DNA of 64,000 bases from an uncultured Pseudomonadota bacterium. GTDB taxonomy: Bacteria > Myxococcota_A > Polyangia > Fen-1088. The position numbers and the translations under genes were made by a program. The DNA is taken from positions 717,917-781,916 of the forward strand of contig CAVQDT010000006.1 of NCBI GenBank assembly GCA_963711305.1, given 5' to 3'. This document shows positions 23,478 to 34,729 of this stretch, in pieces (the stretch's first letter is position 1; each line of letters opens with the position of its first letter). The notes under the pieces are model-generated. The model worked only from the letters and a program-made list of their open reading frames with translations. It was not told the origin of the DNA and searched no databases.

Positions 23478-24550
23478 TCACGCGCGCGCCGCCCCTGCCC
23501 CAGTCGACGGCGATGTCCACGTCCGGTCGGGGGCGCGCAGTCCGCTCGTCTTGTCGAAGAACTTGAGATCTTGCCGGCGAATCGACAGCTCGTAGGCGCG
23601 CCCCGCCTCGACCGCCAACCGCACCGTCGAGGGCAGGTTGACGATGATCTTCCGATCGCTGGCGATGTCGCGCAGCGAGCCGTAGAGCAGCCGGTCGGCG
23701 CCGAGGTTCTCGACGCGATCGACCTCCAACCAGAAGTCGACCAGCGGCTCGGACGTGACGTTGGCGTAGCTGCCCTTGGGCAGGAGCTGCTCGGGCCGGA
23801 AGCCGACCAGCGCCCCGTCGCGCTCGAAGAAGTTCATCGGCGGCGACCCGAGGAAGCCGGCCACGAAGGTGTCGGCCGGCTCGTCGTAGACCTCCTGCGG
23901 CTTGCCGATCTGGCGCACCTGGCCGCCGCTCATCACCGCGATGCGGTCGCCGAGCCCCATGGCCTCGACCTGGTCGTGCGTGACGTAGATGGTGGTGGTG
24001 CCCAGCCGGCGCTGGAACTGCTGCAGCTCGTCGCGCGCGCTCATGCGCAGCTTGGCGTCCAGGTTCGACAGCGGCTCGTCGAGCAGAAAGACGTCGGGCG
24101 AGCGCACCATCGCGCGCGCCAGCGCGACCCGCTGCCGCTCGCCGCCGGAGAGCTGGCGCGGCTTTCGGTGCAGCAACTTCTCGATGCCGACCGCGGCGGC
24201 GGCCTTGCGAACCGCGTCCGGGATCGACGCGCGGCGGCCCCCTGCGCCTTCAGCGGGAAGGCGATGTTCTTCTCGACGGTCAGGTGCGGATAGAGCGCGT
24301 AGCTCTGGAACACCATCGCGATCTTGCGCGCGCGCGGCGGCAGATCGTTGACCACCTGCCCGCCGATCATCACGTCGCCCGAGGTCTGCTTTTCCAGCCC
24401 GGCGATCATGCGCAGCAGCGTGGTCTTCCCGCACCCCGACGGCCCCAGCAGGACCAGGAACTCTCCCTCGCGAATCTGAAGATCGACGCCATCCACCGCC
24501 GTGTGATCGCCGAACTCTTTGCGGATGGCCCTGGTCTCGACGGTCGCCAT
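23478..24550 (-). CDS. Sugar ABC transporter ATP-binding protein (MalK/UgpC type); one frameshift near 24235
   Basis: Walker [11 protein letters not shown]-loop [13 protein letters not shown], signature [16 protein letters not shown], Walker [15 protein letters not shown]-loop IYVTHDQ. Its start ATG at 24550..24548 overlaps the substrate-binding-protein stop (TGATG). Confidence 0.8.
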
Positions 24551-25917
24551 CAGATGAGCTTGCGCTCCTTCCACTTGGCCCAGATGGCCTGGTACTTCTT
24601 CTCGGCCTCCTGGACGGCGTCCTCGGGGCTCATCGATCCGGTCGCGGCGCGCGCGAACATCGTGTTCAGCACCCAGGTGCTGTAGCCCTCGTCGACCGCG
24701 GCGTTCGAGTAGCCCGGATAGCCGACGTTGGTCGCCCACTCGAGCGCGTCGGCGAGCACCGCGTACTTGTCGGGCGGGTTGGCCTTGGGATCCTTTTTGA
24801 TCAGCTCGGCCAGGTCCGGCACGCGGCTCGGGAAAGCAGGGGAAGTTGTAGAACTGACCGGCCAGGAACGCCTCGCGGAAGGCGCCGACGTAGTCGATCA
24901 GGAACTTCTTCGCGCCCTCGATGTTCTTCGAGAACTTCCAGATGGTGTAGATGCTCATCACGTGCTCGAGGCCCATGCGGCGCACCGGGCCCTGCGCCGG
25001 CCTTGACAGCCAGATCTTCTCGTGGATCGGCATCCTCTTGTTCTCCGCCTCGCGGGTGACGGAGATCGCGTTCAGGACCATCGACACCTTGCCCGCGAGC
25101 ATCGCGCGGTTGTTGGACGACGCGTCCCACGACAGCACCTCGGGCGACATCGCGTCCTGATACAGCGCCTTGACGAACTTCACCGCCTCGAGCGTCGGCT
25201 TCGAGTTGATGACCAGGTTGCCCTCGGCGTCCTGCTCGCCGCCGCCGAACGAATACAAGATCGCGCGCATCGCCATGGCGGTGTCGATCTCGCTGGCCAG
25301 GCCGACGCCGATCGGAATTCCGGTCTTGTCCTTGATCTTCTTCCCGAAGGTCCGGATCTGCTCCCAGGTGTCCGGGCGTCCCGCCGGCCTCGTCGAACAG
25401 ATCCTTGCGCCAGTTGATCGGGTCGGGGACGAAGCTGTCGGAGAAACCGAAGTACTTCTTGGTCCTCGGGTTGTAGGTGCTCTTGACCGCCAGATCGATC
25501 GGCTTGCCGTAGCGTCTTCTCGCACTCCTGGTAGATCTCGGTGTGATCGATCGCGTCTTCTTCGTAGACCGGGCGCGGCCACAGGAAGCCGAACAGGTCG
25601 TGCCCATTTTTCGATGACACCTCGGCGGCGGCGGTCGGGTTCAGCGCCGGGATGCCGACGTTGTCGACCGTGACTTCGGTGTCGTTCTCCTCGCCCCACT
25701 TCTTGATGTAGGTGCCGTTGAACCACTTGTCGAACGCCGGCACGAAGTGGTTCCACTGAATGATCCGTAGGGTCTTCTTGCCCGAGGGTGAAACGCCCGC
25801 GGTGCCCGTGCCCTTCTTGCACGCGCTGATCGCGATCCCACCGCCGAGCGCGGCCGCGCCCAGGGCGCCAGCCTTGATGATGCTGCGCCGGGAGGTCCTT
25901 GTCGGTTTTCCGGACAT
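24550..25917 (-). CDS. ABC transporter substrate-binding lipoprotein (family-1 sugar SBP) with a TAT-like signal; several frameshifts
   Basis: N-terminus [36 protein letters not shown] segments [77 protein letters not shown] and [34 protein letters not shown], plus the C-terminal [23 protein letters not shown], lie across four frames. Confidence 0.65.
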
Positions 25918-26012
25918 GGCCGTCCTCCTTTGGTCGAATGACTCGCTGCTGCCCGGGTAACATCAGGCGAGCGTGCGGGATCGTCAAGTCGTGCGGCGTC
26001 GACGCCGGGCGA

Positions 26013-27857
26013 TCAGGGACGCAACCCGAACACCGACAACTTGCCGCCATCGGGCGCGCCCTGGGACACGACGTAGACTTTGCCGTTGGCCACGACGGGG
26101 GCGGTGAACTTGGCCAGGTTGCTCAGTGCATCCGTGCCGGTCGCGGGGCTGGTCCAGATCGGCGTGGTCAGATTGGTGGCGTCGAACGCGCGCAGGGTTC
26201 CCGGCACGAGGTTGTGCCAGGCGTCGTTGCCGGGCGCGGTGCTCGCGGAGACGGAGGTCGCCCACAGAATGGCCGTGCCGGGCGCCGAGCCGTTGGCCGA
26301 CAGGCTCAAGATGCCGCCCGGGTGCGCGGGACGGAAGCCGCTGAAGGTCGACGCTGCGGTCGTGTTCAGCTTGTTGCCGTTGAACGTGAACGAGCGCAGC
26401 AAGGTCCCTTCCGACCAGATGTAGATCGTCGGCCCGGCCGGTCCCTTCCAGTAGACCGGACCACCGTGGGTGTGTCCGCCAACGGGCAGCTGCTGGATGA
26501 TCTGGTTTGCGGTTGCGTTGAACTTGCCCATGTTCGTCGGGTCGATGACGTTCAGATATCCGTCCTTGCCGCCCATCAAGATCACTTTCGGATCGGGCAG
26601 CAGGATCGCCGCCGTGGTGTAGTCCAGATCTTGATCGTTGATTGTCTTCGCGTTGTACGCGGTGAACCAGTCCATCAGTTTCAAGCCCGACGACATCAGC
26701 TGGACACGCGCGACGCTGACCCCAAGCTGGCTCCCGTTGTTCGTCGCATCGAAAGCGCCGTTGCCAACCACGAAATAGACGCTGTTGTTCTGATCCGCGA
26801 CCAGTCCCATCCCCGACTGCCAGATGCCGCCCATGCCGGAGTTGGGCCCGCCGATCGACGGCGGTGACGGACCGCCGTTGGGCGTGGTGCAGAGGATTCC
26901 GGTCTGAGCGAGCGTGCTGGCCGAGTAGGCGAAGAGCCACCCGTGATAGGGCTCGTCGTCGCAGTGGCTCCCGAACGCGACGTAGACGTTGCCGCCGGTG
27001 AGCAACAGGCCCGGGCGGTTGAGGTGGTGATACGGATCGAAGGTGACGGTCGTGCCGTTGCCGTCCGGCGCCGTCCCCGGTGCCGAGCCCACGATGTCGA
27101 CCGGGCTGCCGGGCGCATCCTTGCCGGTGAGAACGTCGAGAGCATGCAAGCGCTGGAAGTACTTGCCGCCCTCGAAGTTCTTGGTCACGACGTACATGCG
27201 ACCGGTAGCGGGATCGATGACCGGCGTCGACGTGATGCCCGTCTTGGGGAACATATCTCTGCAAGACACGGTCGCGGGCGCCACGACGGGCTGGTTCTCG
27301 GTGCCGGGCGTCGTGTCCATCGGCGTTCCGAGGGTGACGCTCCACAGCGGATTGCTGACCACCGCGTCGTCGGCGTCGAACGCGTAGACCGTATCGTGCT
27401 CGGTCGCGACGAACACCACGTTGCGACTCGCGCCCCCGATCACGAGACCCTGCATGTACAGCGGCTGAGCGTAGACCTGCCCATCCACGGGCCGCGAGAA
27501 GACCAGACCGAACGCGCCGCCTCCCACGTTCGCGACGGTCAGGATGGTCTCGGAGAGGTTGGCTCCGTTGCGGACGTTGTCGTATCGGTTGGTGACGACC
27601 GAGATCGGTGTTCCCGGTGGCGGCGCGTCCACGCGCACGTCGGGCGCGCCCATCGCTCGATCGGGCATCGGCGCGGGAGGGTCGACCGGCGCATCGGCCA
27701 CCGCTGGTCGGTCGAGCGACTTGTCGACCGCCCGATCCACGGCGGCATCGGGTGACGAGGCGCGCGGCCCGCTCTTGGAGCCGGCACACCCTTGCGTCAA
27801 GAGCATGGCCAGCGGCGCGGACACACCAACCAGGAATCCCAAGTGCCGGAGCTTCAC
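26013..27857 (-). CDS. Secreted beta-propeller-like lipoprotein (PQQ-like repeat architecture), function unknown; intact
   Basis: Uninterrupted ORF. The probable GTG start gives [27 protein letters not shown] (lipobox). The rest is beta-rich and repetitive with Gly/aromatic turns ([44 protein letters not shown]), suggesting propeller blades. Beyond that the family assignment is a guess. Confidence 0.4.
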   Translation of the reverse strand: MKLRHLGFLVGVSAPLAMLLTQGCAGSKSGPRASSPDAAVDRAVDKSLDRPAVADAPVDPPAPMPDRAMGAPDVRVDAPPPGTPISVVTNRYDNVRNGANLSETILTVANVGGGAFGLVFSRPVDGQVYAQPLYMQGLVIGGASRNVVFVATEHDTVYAFDADDAVVSNPLWSVTLGTPMDTTPGTENQPVVAPATVSCRDMFPKTGITSTPVIDPATGRMYVVTKNFEGGKYFQRLHALDVLTGKDAPGSPVDIVGSAPGTAPDGNGTTVTFDPYHHLNRPGLLLTGGNVYVAFGSHCDDEPYHGWLFAYSASTLAQTGILCTTPNGGPSPPSIGGPNSGMGGIWQSGMGLVADQNNSVYFVVGNGAFDATNNGSQLGVSVARVQLMSSGLKLMDWFTAYNAKTINDQDLDYTTAAILLPDPKVILMGGKDGYLNVIDPTNMGKFNATANQIIQQLPVGGHTHGGPVYWKGPAGPTIYIWSEGTLLRSFTFNGNKLNTTAASTFSGFRPAHPGGILSLSANGSAPGTAILWATSVSASTAPGNDAWHNLVPGTLRAFDATNLTTPIWTSPATGTDALSNLAKFTAPVVANGKVYVVSQGAPDGGKLSVFGLRP

Positions 27858-28075
27858 TTCGATCAAGTGCCACCGGGGGGTGGGAAGGGTCACAAAAGCA
27901 ACCCGAAGCTCTGCCAACCACCTCAAGAACGGAGTGGCTCGCCCTGCATGTGCCCTCCCCCCGCGAGGGAGCTAGGTATCTCGTGAACCAGGTCAACCGC
28001 GAGCGAGATCAATTTCGCGTGTTCGCGGCATCTTGTGGTACGTGCTGTGACGCGCGCGACCCCACCGTGATCCCA

Positions 28076-29204
28076 ATGACCGCAACGACAATCCACCACT
28101 TCAGGTCCCCCAGTCTCGCGCTCGGGCTGCTCGTGCCGGCGTTCGCCGCCGCGTCGTGCCTCATCCAGAAGGCCACGCCCACACCGGAGTCGGGAAACAC
28201 GGGCGCGGTGAGCTCGCAGGTGGCCGACATGCGACCGGCGGCCGAGGCTGCGCACCGGCGCGTGGGGACCGCGCTGATGAGCGGGCGTCTCGACGACCCG
28301 CGCGTGCGGACGCTGGTGCCGCACAATTTCGACTCGCTGACGCCCGAGAACGAGATGAAGTGGGAGACCATCGAGCCAGCGCCCGGCATCTTCTCGTACG
28401 CCGGGGCCGACAAGCTGGTGGCGTTCGCGGCGGCGAATGGGATTCGCATGCGAGGCCACACGCTGGTCTGGCACTCGCAGCTCCCTTCCTGGGCGCGGAG
28501 CTTGCCGCCCGCGCGAGCTGCGCGCCGCGATGGTCAGGCACGTCCGCACGGTGGCCGGGCGATACCACGGCAAGGTCGCGGCGTGGGACGTGGTCAACGA
28601 GGCGCTGGCCGACGGACCGAGCGGGCAGCTCCGCGGCGACTCACCGTTCACCGCGCTCGGCCCGACCTTCATCGACGAGGCGTTTCGCGCCGCGCACGAG
28701 GCCGACCCCGACGCCCAGCTCTTCTACAACGACTACGAGATCGAAGGTGAGGGGAGCGCCAAATCCGAGGCGGCGTTCGCGCTCTGCAAGCGACTCGTCG
28801 ACGCAGGGGTTCCCATCGCGGGCGTCGGCTTTCAGATGCACGTCGACCCCCGCCACTGGCCGTCGGCCGCGAGCATCCAGCGCAACATGGAACGCTACGC
28901 GGCCCTCGGCTTGCGCATCGAGATCACCGAGATGGACGTTCCGGTCGGTGAGATCCCCGGTACGCTCGACGAAAAGTTGCAGCAGCAGCGTGCGATCGCG
29001 CACGACATCGTCGCGGCCTGTGTCGCGGTCGAGCGCTGCGCGGCGATCACTTTCTGGGGTCTCACCGATCGCGACTCCTGGCTCGAAGACCCCCACTGGG
29101 GAGCGCTGCGCGGCCACGGGCCCCACCGGGCCCTGCTCTTCGACGGCGCCTATCGGCCGAAGCCGATCGTGCTCGGCGTGCTCGACGCACTGGGAGGCCG
29201 CTGA
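28076..29204 (+). CDS. Endo-1,4-beta-xylanase, GH10; one frameshift near 28495
   Basis: Signal MTATTIHHFRSPSLALGLLVPAFAAASC. GH10 motifs: THNFDSLTPENEMKWE, GIRMRGHTLVWHSQLPSW, WDVVNEAL (catalytic acid/base region) and IEITEMDV (nucleophile region), then AITFWGLTDRDSWL. Confidence 0.8.
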
Positions 29205-29337
29205 AGGCGAGCGGCCCGCGCGCGCGAATCGATCGTTCTTTGCGATGGGAATGCCCGCGACCGGGCACAAACATCCCGCTGCCTCGATGCACACGCGGCG
29301 GCCCCACCCACCGAACGGAAAGATAGGCCTCTCTGGC

Positions 29338-29955
29338 ATGCCCCCGACTGTCCCCCCCACCTGCCGCGTGTGCATCGATCGCAGAACGCTCTTGAAGTGC
29401 GGCGCACTTGGCGCCGCATCGGCGGCGCTCCCCGCGTGTGACCAGCGGCCGCTGTCCACCGATCTCAATGGTGACGGCGGCAGTGGCGGCGCCGCCGAAT
29501 CGGGCGCCGGTGGCAGCCCGTCGGTTCGCGGCAGCGGCGGCGCGCCTGGATCGGGAGGCTCAGCGGGTGGCGCGCCGGGAACGGGCGCAGGCGGCGCCCC
29601 GGGCACGGGATGCGCCGGCGCGGCGCTCGCCGTCGGTAACGCCGCCGCGCTCGCCGTCGGCAATCTGCAGATTGTCGGCGGGCAGATCGTCCTCGGCCGC
29701 GACACCGTGGGCTTGTACGCGATGTCGAACGTCTGCACGCACCAGGGCTGTGCCGTTGGTGTCATCGGCGCCGCGGGACAGGAGACGCTGTCCTGCCCCT
29801 GCCACGGTTCCGCCTTCGATGCCAACGGCGCAGTGACCCGCGGCCCAGCGCGCACCCCGCTGGCGCACTACCAGATCACGTCCGCCGCCGACGGCAGCCT
29901 CAGCGTCTGCATCGGATCCGTCGTCCCCGCCTCGACGCGCACCCCGCTGCCCTGA
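29338..29955 (+). CDS. TAT-exported Rieske [2Fe-2S] domain protein
   Basis: TAT motif MPPTVPPTCRVCIDRRTLLKCGALGAASAALPAC, then a GGSGGAAESGAGG linker. Rieske boxes CTHQGCAV and CPCHGSAFD sit about 18 residues apart. Confidence 0.7.
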   Translation: MPPTVPPTCRVCIDRRTLLKCGALGAASAALPACDQRPLSTDLNGDGGSGGAAESGAGGSPSVRGSGGAPGSGGSAGGAPGTGAGGAPGTGCAGAALAVGNAAALAVGNLQIVGGQIVLGRDTVGLYAMSNVCTHQGCAVGVIGAAGQETLSCPCHGSAFDANGAVTRGPARTPLAHYQITSAADGSLSVCIGSVVPASTRTPLP

Positions 29956-30081
29956 ACGGGTCCATCGGGCGGGAGCTGATTCCACCTAACCCGGATCCTC
30001 GCTGCCGCCACTGAAGGCACGATGGGGACATCGTCGGCATCACGAGGAATCAACACGCGTACTACGACCTGGCTCACGGCG

Positions 30082-30462
30082 ATGCCCTATGCGGCGCTGC
30101 TGCTGGCGCTGGGCGCTCATGGTTGCGAGGGCCACTCGGGCGTTCCCAGCGGAACCCGCGGTACCACGGGCCAGGGTGGCGCCGGTGCCGACCAAGACGG
30201 CAGCGCAATCATCATCACGGGTTTTGGTGGCAGCCCCGGGTCAGGCACGGGCGGGCACCCCGGCAACCCCGTGGACGCGGCCTCGCGTCCGGATGACGCG
30301 GGCTCTCGGCCGCCACCCGACGCGAGCGACGCGGCTCCCCGGCCGCCGCACCAGAACGACGCGGCCCCACCGCCCCCGCCGCACCAGAACGACGCGGCCC
30401 CACCCCCGCCACACCCGGGTGACGCGGCTCCGCCTCCGCGGCGTGACGACGCCGGGCCCTAG
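30082..30462 (+). CDS. Small lipoprotein with a Pro-rich tandem-repeat C-terminus
   Basis: MPYAALLLALGAHGC lipobox, then a Gly-rich segment, then repeats APRPPHQNDAAPPPPPHQNDAAPPPPHPGDAAPPP encoded by an approximately 30-36-nt nucleotide tandem repeat at about 30290-30440. Confidence 0.4.
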   Translation: MPYAALLLALGAHGCEGHSGVPSGTRGTTGQGGAGADQDGSAIIITGFGGSPGSGTGGHPGNPVDAASRPDDAGSRPPPDASDAAPRPPHQNDAAPPPPPHQNDAAPPPPHPGDAAPPPRRDDAGP

Positions 30463-30656
30463 GCTCGTCCGCAACAGCGGACGGGGCAATCTCGTTCAGG
30501 TTCACGCCGCTACTCCAGTTTTGGCGCCGTTCGGTTCGTGGCTTCGGTCGAAGCCGGTCTTGATGGTATACGTGGGCGCGGTCGGCGAGCACGCCGATCG
30601 GGGCCTCCGCGGGAGCGAGGCCCGTCAGCCACCGGCACCGGAGCACCTCAACCGCG

Positions 30657-32045
30657 ATGAACAAGATTGCGCCCTTCCTCATCAGTCGAAAGGGCCTGAT
30701 TCCGCTCTACCTCGTGTTTCTCGGCGCCTTTGCGGGCGCTTCCGGCAGTCGGCTGCGCTCGCACTCGCAGTACAACCACTACGTCTACCTGGCCGACGGC
30801 TGGTTGCATGGCCGCCTGTCGCTCGCCGGCCCGCCTCCGAATGAAAACGATTGGGGGCTGATCGAGGTCCTGAACCTCCGCGACGGCACCACGCTGAAGG
30901 GGACCTTCAGCAAGCGGATGCCCGACCGGTTCACGCCGCTCAAGGGAACGCCGCGGACCATCTCACCCGACCAGATCGCCTCCCGCAGCAATCTTCGGTA
31001 CGTGACCTTTCCGCCGTTTCCCGCGGTGCTGATGCTTCCCATCGTCGCAATCAGCGGTCTCGCAACCAACGACGTCATCTTCACGATTTGCCTGGCAGCG
31101 TTCGCGCCGGTGCTCTTCCTGAGCCTGCTGCGCGAGCTCGTCAAGCGCGGATACTCGCGCCGCACCCCCGAGGACGATCTGTGGCTCATGTTCGCGTTCG
31201 GCGCGGGGTCGGTCTTCTACTACGCGTCGGTCCTCGGCCAGGTCTGGTACACGGCCCACGTCGTCGCGGTCCTCATCGGAATCCTCTTCGTCCGCGCGGC
31301 GCTCGACGCCCGCCACCCCGTGACCGCGGGCTTGCTCCTCGGGGTGGGGATGGCGACCCGCCCTCCGCTCGGGTTCATGTGCATCTTCTTCGTGCTCGAG
31401 TCGGTGCGCGTGCTGGGCGGCCCCAGAGAGGCGCTCAGGAACCCTCAGAATCGCGTCCGACTGGTGGTGCTGCTGCTCCGGTTCGGGCTAGCGGCCTCGG
31501 CGATCGCGGCCGTGATGGTCGTCTACAACTACGTTCGCTTTCAAAATCTGAGCGTCTTTGGCCACGAATACCTGAACATCGCGTGGGCGCAGCGGATCGA
31601 GCGCTGGGGGCTCTTCAACTACCACTTCCTGTCGCGCAACCTGACCGCGGCGCTGCTGCTCACGCCCCAAGTCTTCAAGAACTACCCATACGTCAAGGTC
31701 AGCTCCCACGGCCTGTCGCTCTTCATCACGTCGCCGTTTCTCATCTACTGCTTGCTGCCGCGCGAGCGCAGCCCGCTGCGGCCGTCGCTCTGGTGGACCA
31801 TCGGCGGCGTCGCGCTTCTGCCGCTGCTCTATCAGAACTCCGGCTACATCCAGTTTGGCTATCGCTTCAGCCTCGACTACATGGTCTTTCTGATGACGCT
31901 GATCGCCGTCGAGGGACGCCCCCTGTCGCGGGTGTTCAAGACGCTGGTGATCATTGCCATCGCGATCAATCTCTTCGGAGCGATCACCTTTGATCGTCTC
32001 GGCGAGTTCAGGTACGAAGGGTTCTTCCCCCATGGCGGCGACTGA
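30657..32045 (+). CDS. Polytopic integral membrane protein, putative GT-C-fold glycosyltransferase (PMT/ArnT-like); intact
   Basis: Uninterrupted 462 aa with at least 10 predicted TM helices. The first periplasmic loop carries acidic YVYLADGWLHGRLSL, then long loops between helices. The assignment rests on topology and motifs only. Confidence 0.45.
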   Translation: MNKIAPFLISRKGLIPLYLVFLGAFAGASGSRLRSHSQYNHYVYLADGWLHGRLSLAGPPPNENDWGLIEVLNLRDGTTLKGTFSKRMPDRFTPLKGTPRTISPDQIASRSNLRYVTFPPFPAVLMLPIVAISGLATNDVIFTICLAAFAPVLFLSLLRELVKRGYSRRTPEDDLWLMFAFGAGSVFYYASVLGQVWYTAHVVAVLIGILFVRAALDARHPVTAGLLLGVGMATRPPLGFMCIFFVLESVRVLGGPREALRNPQNRVRLVVLLLRFGLAASAIAAVMVVYNYVRFQNLSVFGHEYLNIAWAQRIERWGLFNYHFLSRNLTAALLLTPQVFKNYPYVKVSSHGLSLFITSPFLIYCLLPRERSPLRPSLWWTIGGVALLPLLYQNSGYIQFGYRFSLDYMVFLMTLIAVEGRPLSRVFKTLVIIAIAINLFGAITFDRLGEFRYEGFFPHGGD

Positions 32046-32536
32046 CACCCTGCTCGAGCTGGCCGCGCTGTTCGCCGCCGACTCCACATTGAACGACGAG
32101 ATCGCGCTCGCGCGAACGAAGCATCGAGACGGTGCGGCCCGATCTCGCCTGGTTCGCGTTGCTCGACGGGCTCAAGGCGCGCGAACTCGCCGCGGAGCTA
32201 GATTGGAAGAGCAGCCCAAATGACGTCCTCTTCGGCCTGAAGACGCTCGTGAGCCTGCCTCGCGATGGCTGGGACGGGTACGCCGAGGAATGCGATCGAC
32301 GAGTGGATCCCGATCGAGATTCCTTCGTCCAATGCTACCTGCAGATCGCCGATCTGCGCACGAGCCCACACGGCTTATCGGTGGTGGTGCTCGACTCGGG
32401 CGGCGACAGCTACGTGGCCGCCCTGCTCGAGACCTCCAAGGTCGCGCGAGGCCTCGCGCTCGCAGGCGAGGTCGGCCTCGACTCGATGTTGCACATGCAG
32501 GGCAGCGAGCGCATCGGCAGCCGCGGCGCGAAGTAA
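32032..32536 (+). CDS. Hypothetical protein overlapping the preceding gene by 14 nt; one frameshift near 32125
   Basis: MAATDTLLELAALFAADSTLNDEIALAR... then, after the frame change, ...LAWFALLDGLKARELAAELDWKSSPNDVLFGLKTLVSLPRDGWDGYAEECDRRVDPDRDSF. Confidence 0.35.
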
Positions 32537-32637
32537 CTGTCGGCGGCTCGGCTCACGGCCCCCAGGTCGTCCCCATGGGGCTCGTCGGCGAGGGGAAGTC
32601 GACGAAGGCCCAGCTGCAGTCGACGACCTTCGAAGGA

Positions 32638-34691
32638 TCAACGGCCTGGGTCGGTGTTCCGGTCACGATCGACGCGGTTGTCGGCCGACGGCAAGATCGG
32701 CAGGTTGACCGCGTTGACGGTGATGTTTGCGTCAGAGGAGATCAGGTTGATCGTTTGCGGATCGTCGGCGACGACGTCGTCGAGCGAGATCGCCAGCGGA
32801 TGGGCGGGATTGTCGTAGCCGCCGCTCGATTGCCTCCAGCCCCTGCAGCTTGACGCCGCTGGTGCCCAGGATGCGCACGTTGGAGAGGTAGATGTCGTGG
32901 AAGTTCGGGAAGAGCGGCGCCGCAGCCTGGTGTCGCTGTTCACCGGAACGGCCTTGGTGCTGTAGTACGGCGTGTACAGCAGCGCGTTCAACGCGTTCCG
33001 GATGCAGATGTGGTCGTAGTAGACGTTGCTCACTTCGCCGCCGCGCGCGTAGTCCGACTTGATGCGCAGGCCCTCTTCGGAGTTGTCGAAGCTGTTGTCG
33101 TAGACGTGCACGTTGGTGACGCCGGCGTTGGTCTCGCTGCCGACGGAGATGCCGTGGCCCCAGTAGATGTGGTTGTGGGCGATCATGATCCCCCACTTGC
33201 GGTCGGCGCGGACGTCGCGGTTGCCGTCGACACCCAACAGACCAGAGCCCGCGGGGCTCGGGTTGGCGGAACCCTTGAGCACGATGTCGTCGTCGCCGGT
33301 GCTCACGTAGTTGTAGGCGAAGACCACGTTCTTGAGATAGCCGTCGAACGAGATCGCCGCCGCCGACGTGGTCGCGCTGCCGGTGTTGAGCTTCACCGAC
33401 GTGGGCTTCGACGCCGACGCCGGATCGAAGGCGTCGGTGTTCTTGACGTTGTCCTCGCCGAACAGCGCGCCGGTATAGAGCGGATTGAGGTTGCCGACCG
33501 GGTTGGCGTACGCCGCCGTCGACGGCGTCTGCAGCTTCACGCCCCAGACGGTGAGCCCGTCCACGCCCGACGGCACGAAGTGGAAGTTGGCGCTGTTGTT
33601 CATGGTGATGCGGTACAGGGTCAGGTTCTTGGCGTAGCTGAACACCATCATGCGGAAGTTCGACTGCGACGCGACGCCGGTCCTGCCGTTCTCGACCAGG
33701 TTGCCGAGATAGGCGAGATCCCACCAGGTCATGTTGCGCGCCGACGACTTCGAGTTGACGACCGTGCCGCCGTCGTCACACGCGGTGCCGTCGGGCGCTT
33801 GCATGCCGGCGGCGTAGGCGACGTAGGTGTTGGAGCAGGTCATGTCGACCTTCATCAGCGGGTAGAGCTTGTTGGTGGTGACGATCTCGGCGTAGGCGCG
33901 GCTGTCGATGCTGCCGTCGCCGACGATCGCCGAATTGACCAGGTTGCTGCCGTTGATGAGTGCCGTGCAATTGCTCGAGCTGCCAGCCCTTGGTGGCGCT
34001 GACGGCGGTGTTCGCGCAGTAGGGACCGCCCGATTTCGGGGAGAACGCCACCGCGTCGCGCGTCGCGAACAACGTGACGCCGGTATCGAGCCACAGCGTG
34101 ACCCCCGAGGGCAGCGTGAGCGGGCCGCTGATGAACGAGTCGCCCGGCTCCCGGTGCTGCTGACCTCGAGGCGGACCGCGAACTTCGAGCGCGCGGTACT
34201 GCGGCTTGGCGAGCTCCTCGCCCGAGAGCGCCGGCGATGTTCAGGTTCGGATCGCCGGCCGCCATCTGCGCCGCCGTGGCGTCCGAGTCGACCTGCGCGA
34301 TCGCGGCGCCGACCTCGGCGTCGACGGCGGCGCCGCAGGCGTCCAGCGCCGCCTGGATGCGCGCCTGATCGGGATTGACGACCGCCGGATCGGCCGCGAC
34401 GCCCGCCCCCGGCGGCGAAGGGTCGGCTTCAGGCGGCAATGCTCCATCCGGCCGCTTGACGTACTTGTCGCTGGCCTCGAGCGTGCTGCACACCTGATCG
34501 TCGGTCGGCAGCAGCGGCTCGGGCGGCAGGTCGGGATCGAACGTCACGGTGCCGACCCGGAACGGCGCGGTCGAGTACATCGCGCCGCCATCGCAAGCGG
34601 CGGCGGCGGCGCTCGCGAGCGTGAGGGCCAGAAAGAAACGAACCCGGGCGCGCGGCCCGTGAAGGGCGGTTACGGTCGGATTGGATTTCAT
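32638..34691 (-). CDS. GH28 polygalacturonase-family lipoprotein with an N-terminal extension of about 200 aa; several frameshifts
   Basis: ATG at 34691 with ggagga 6 nt upstream. Signal MKSNPTVTALHGPRARVRFFLALTLASAAAAAC. GH28 motifs NTDAFDP, GDDDIVLKGS, GHGISVGSE and RIKSD. The C-terminal segment ...FPNFHDIYLSNVRILGTSGVKLQGLEAI... lies in other frames. Confidence 0.7.
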
Positions 34692-34729
34692 GTTGTTCCT
34701 CCGCGTTCGAAAGGCCTGCGAGGACAAGA

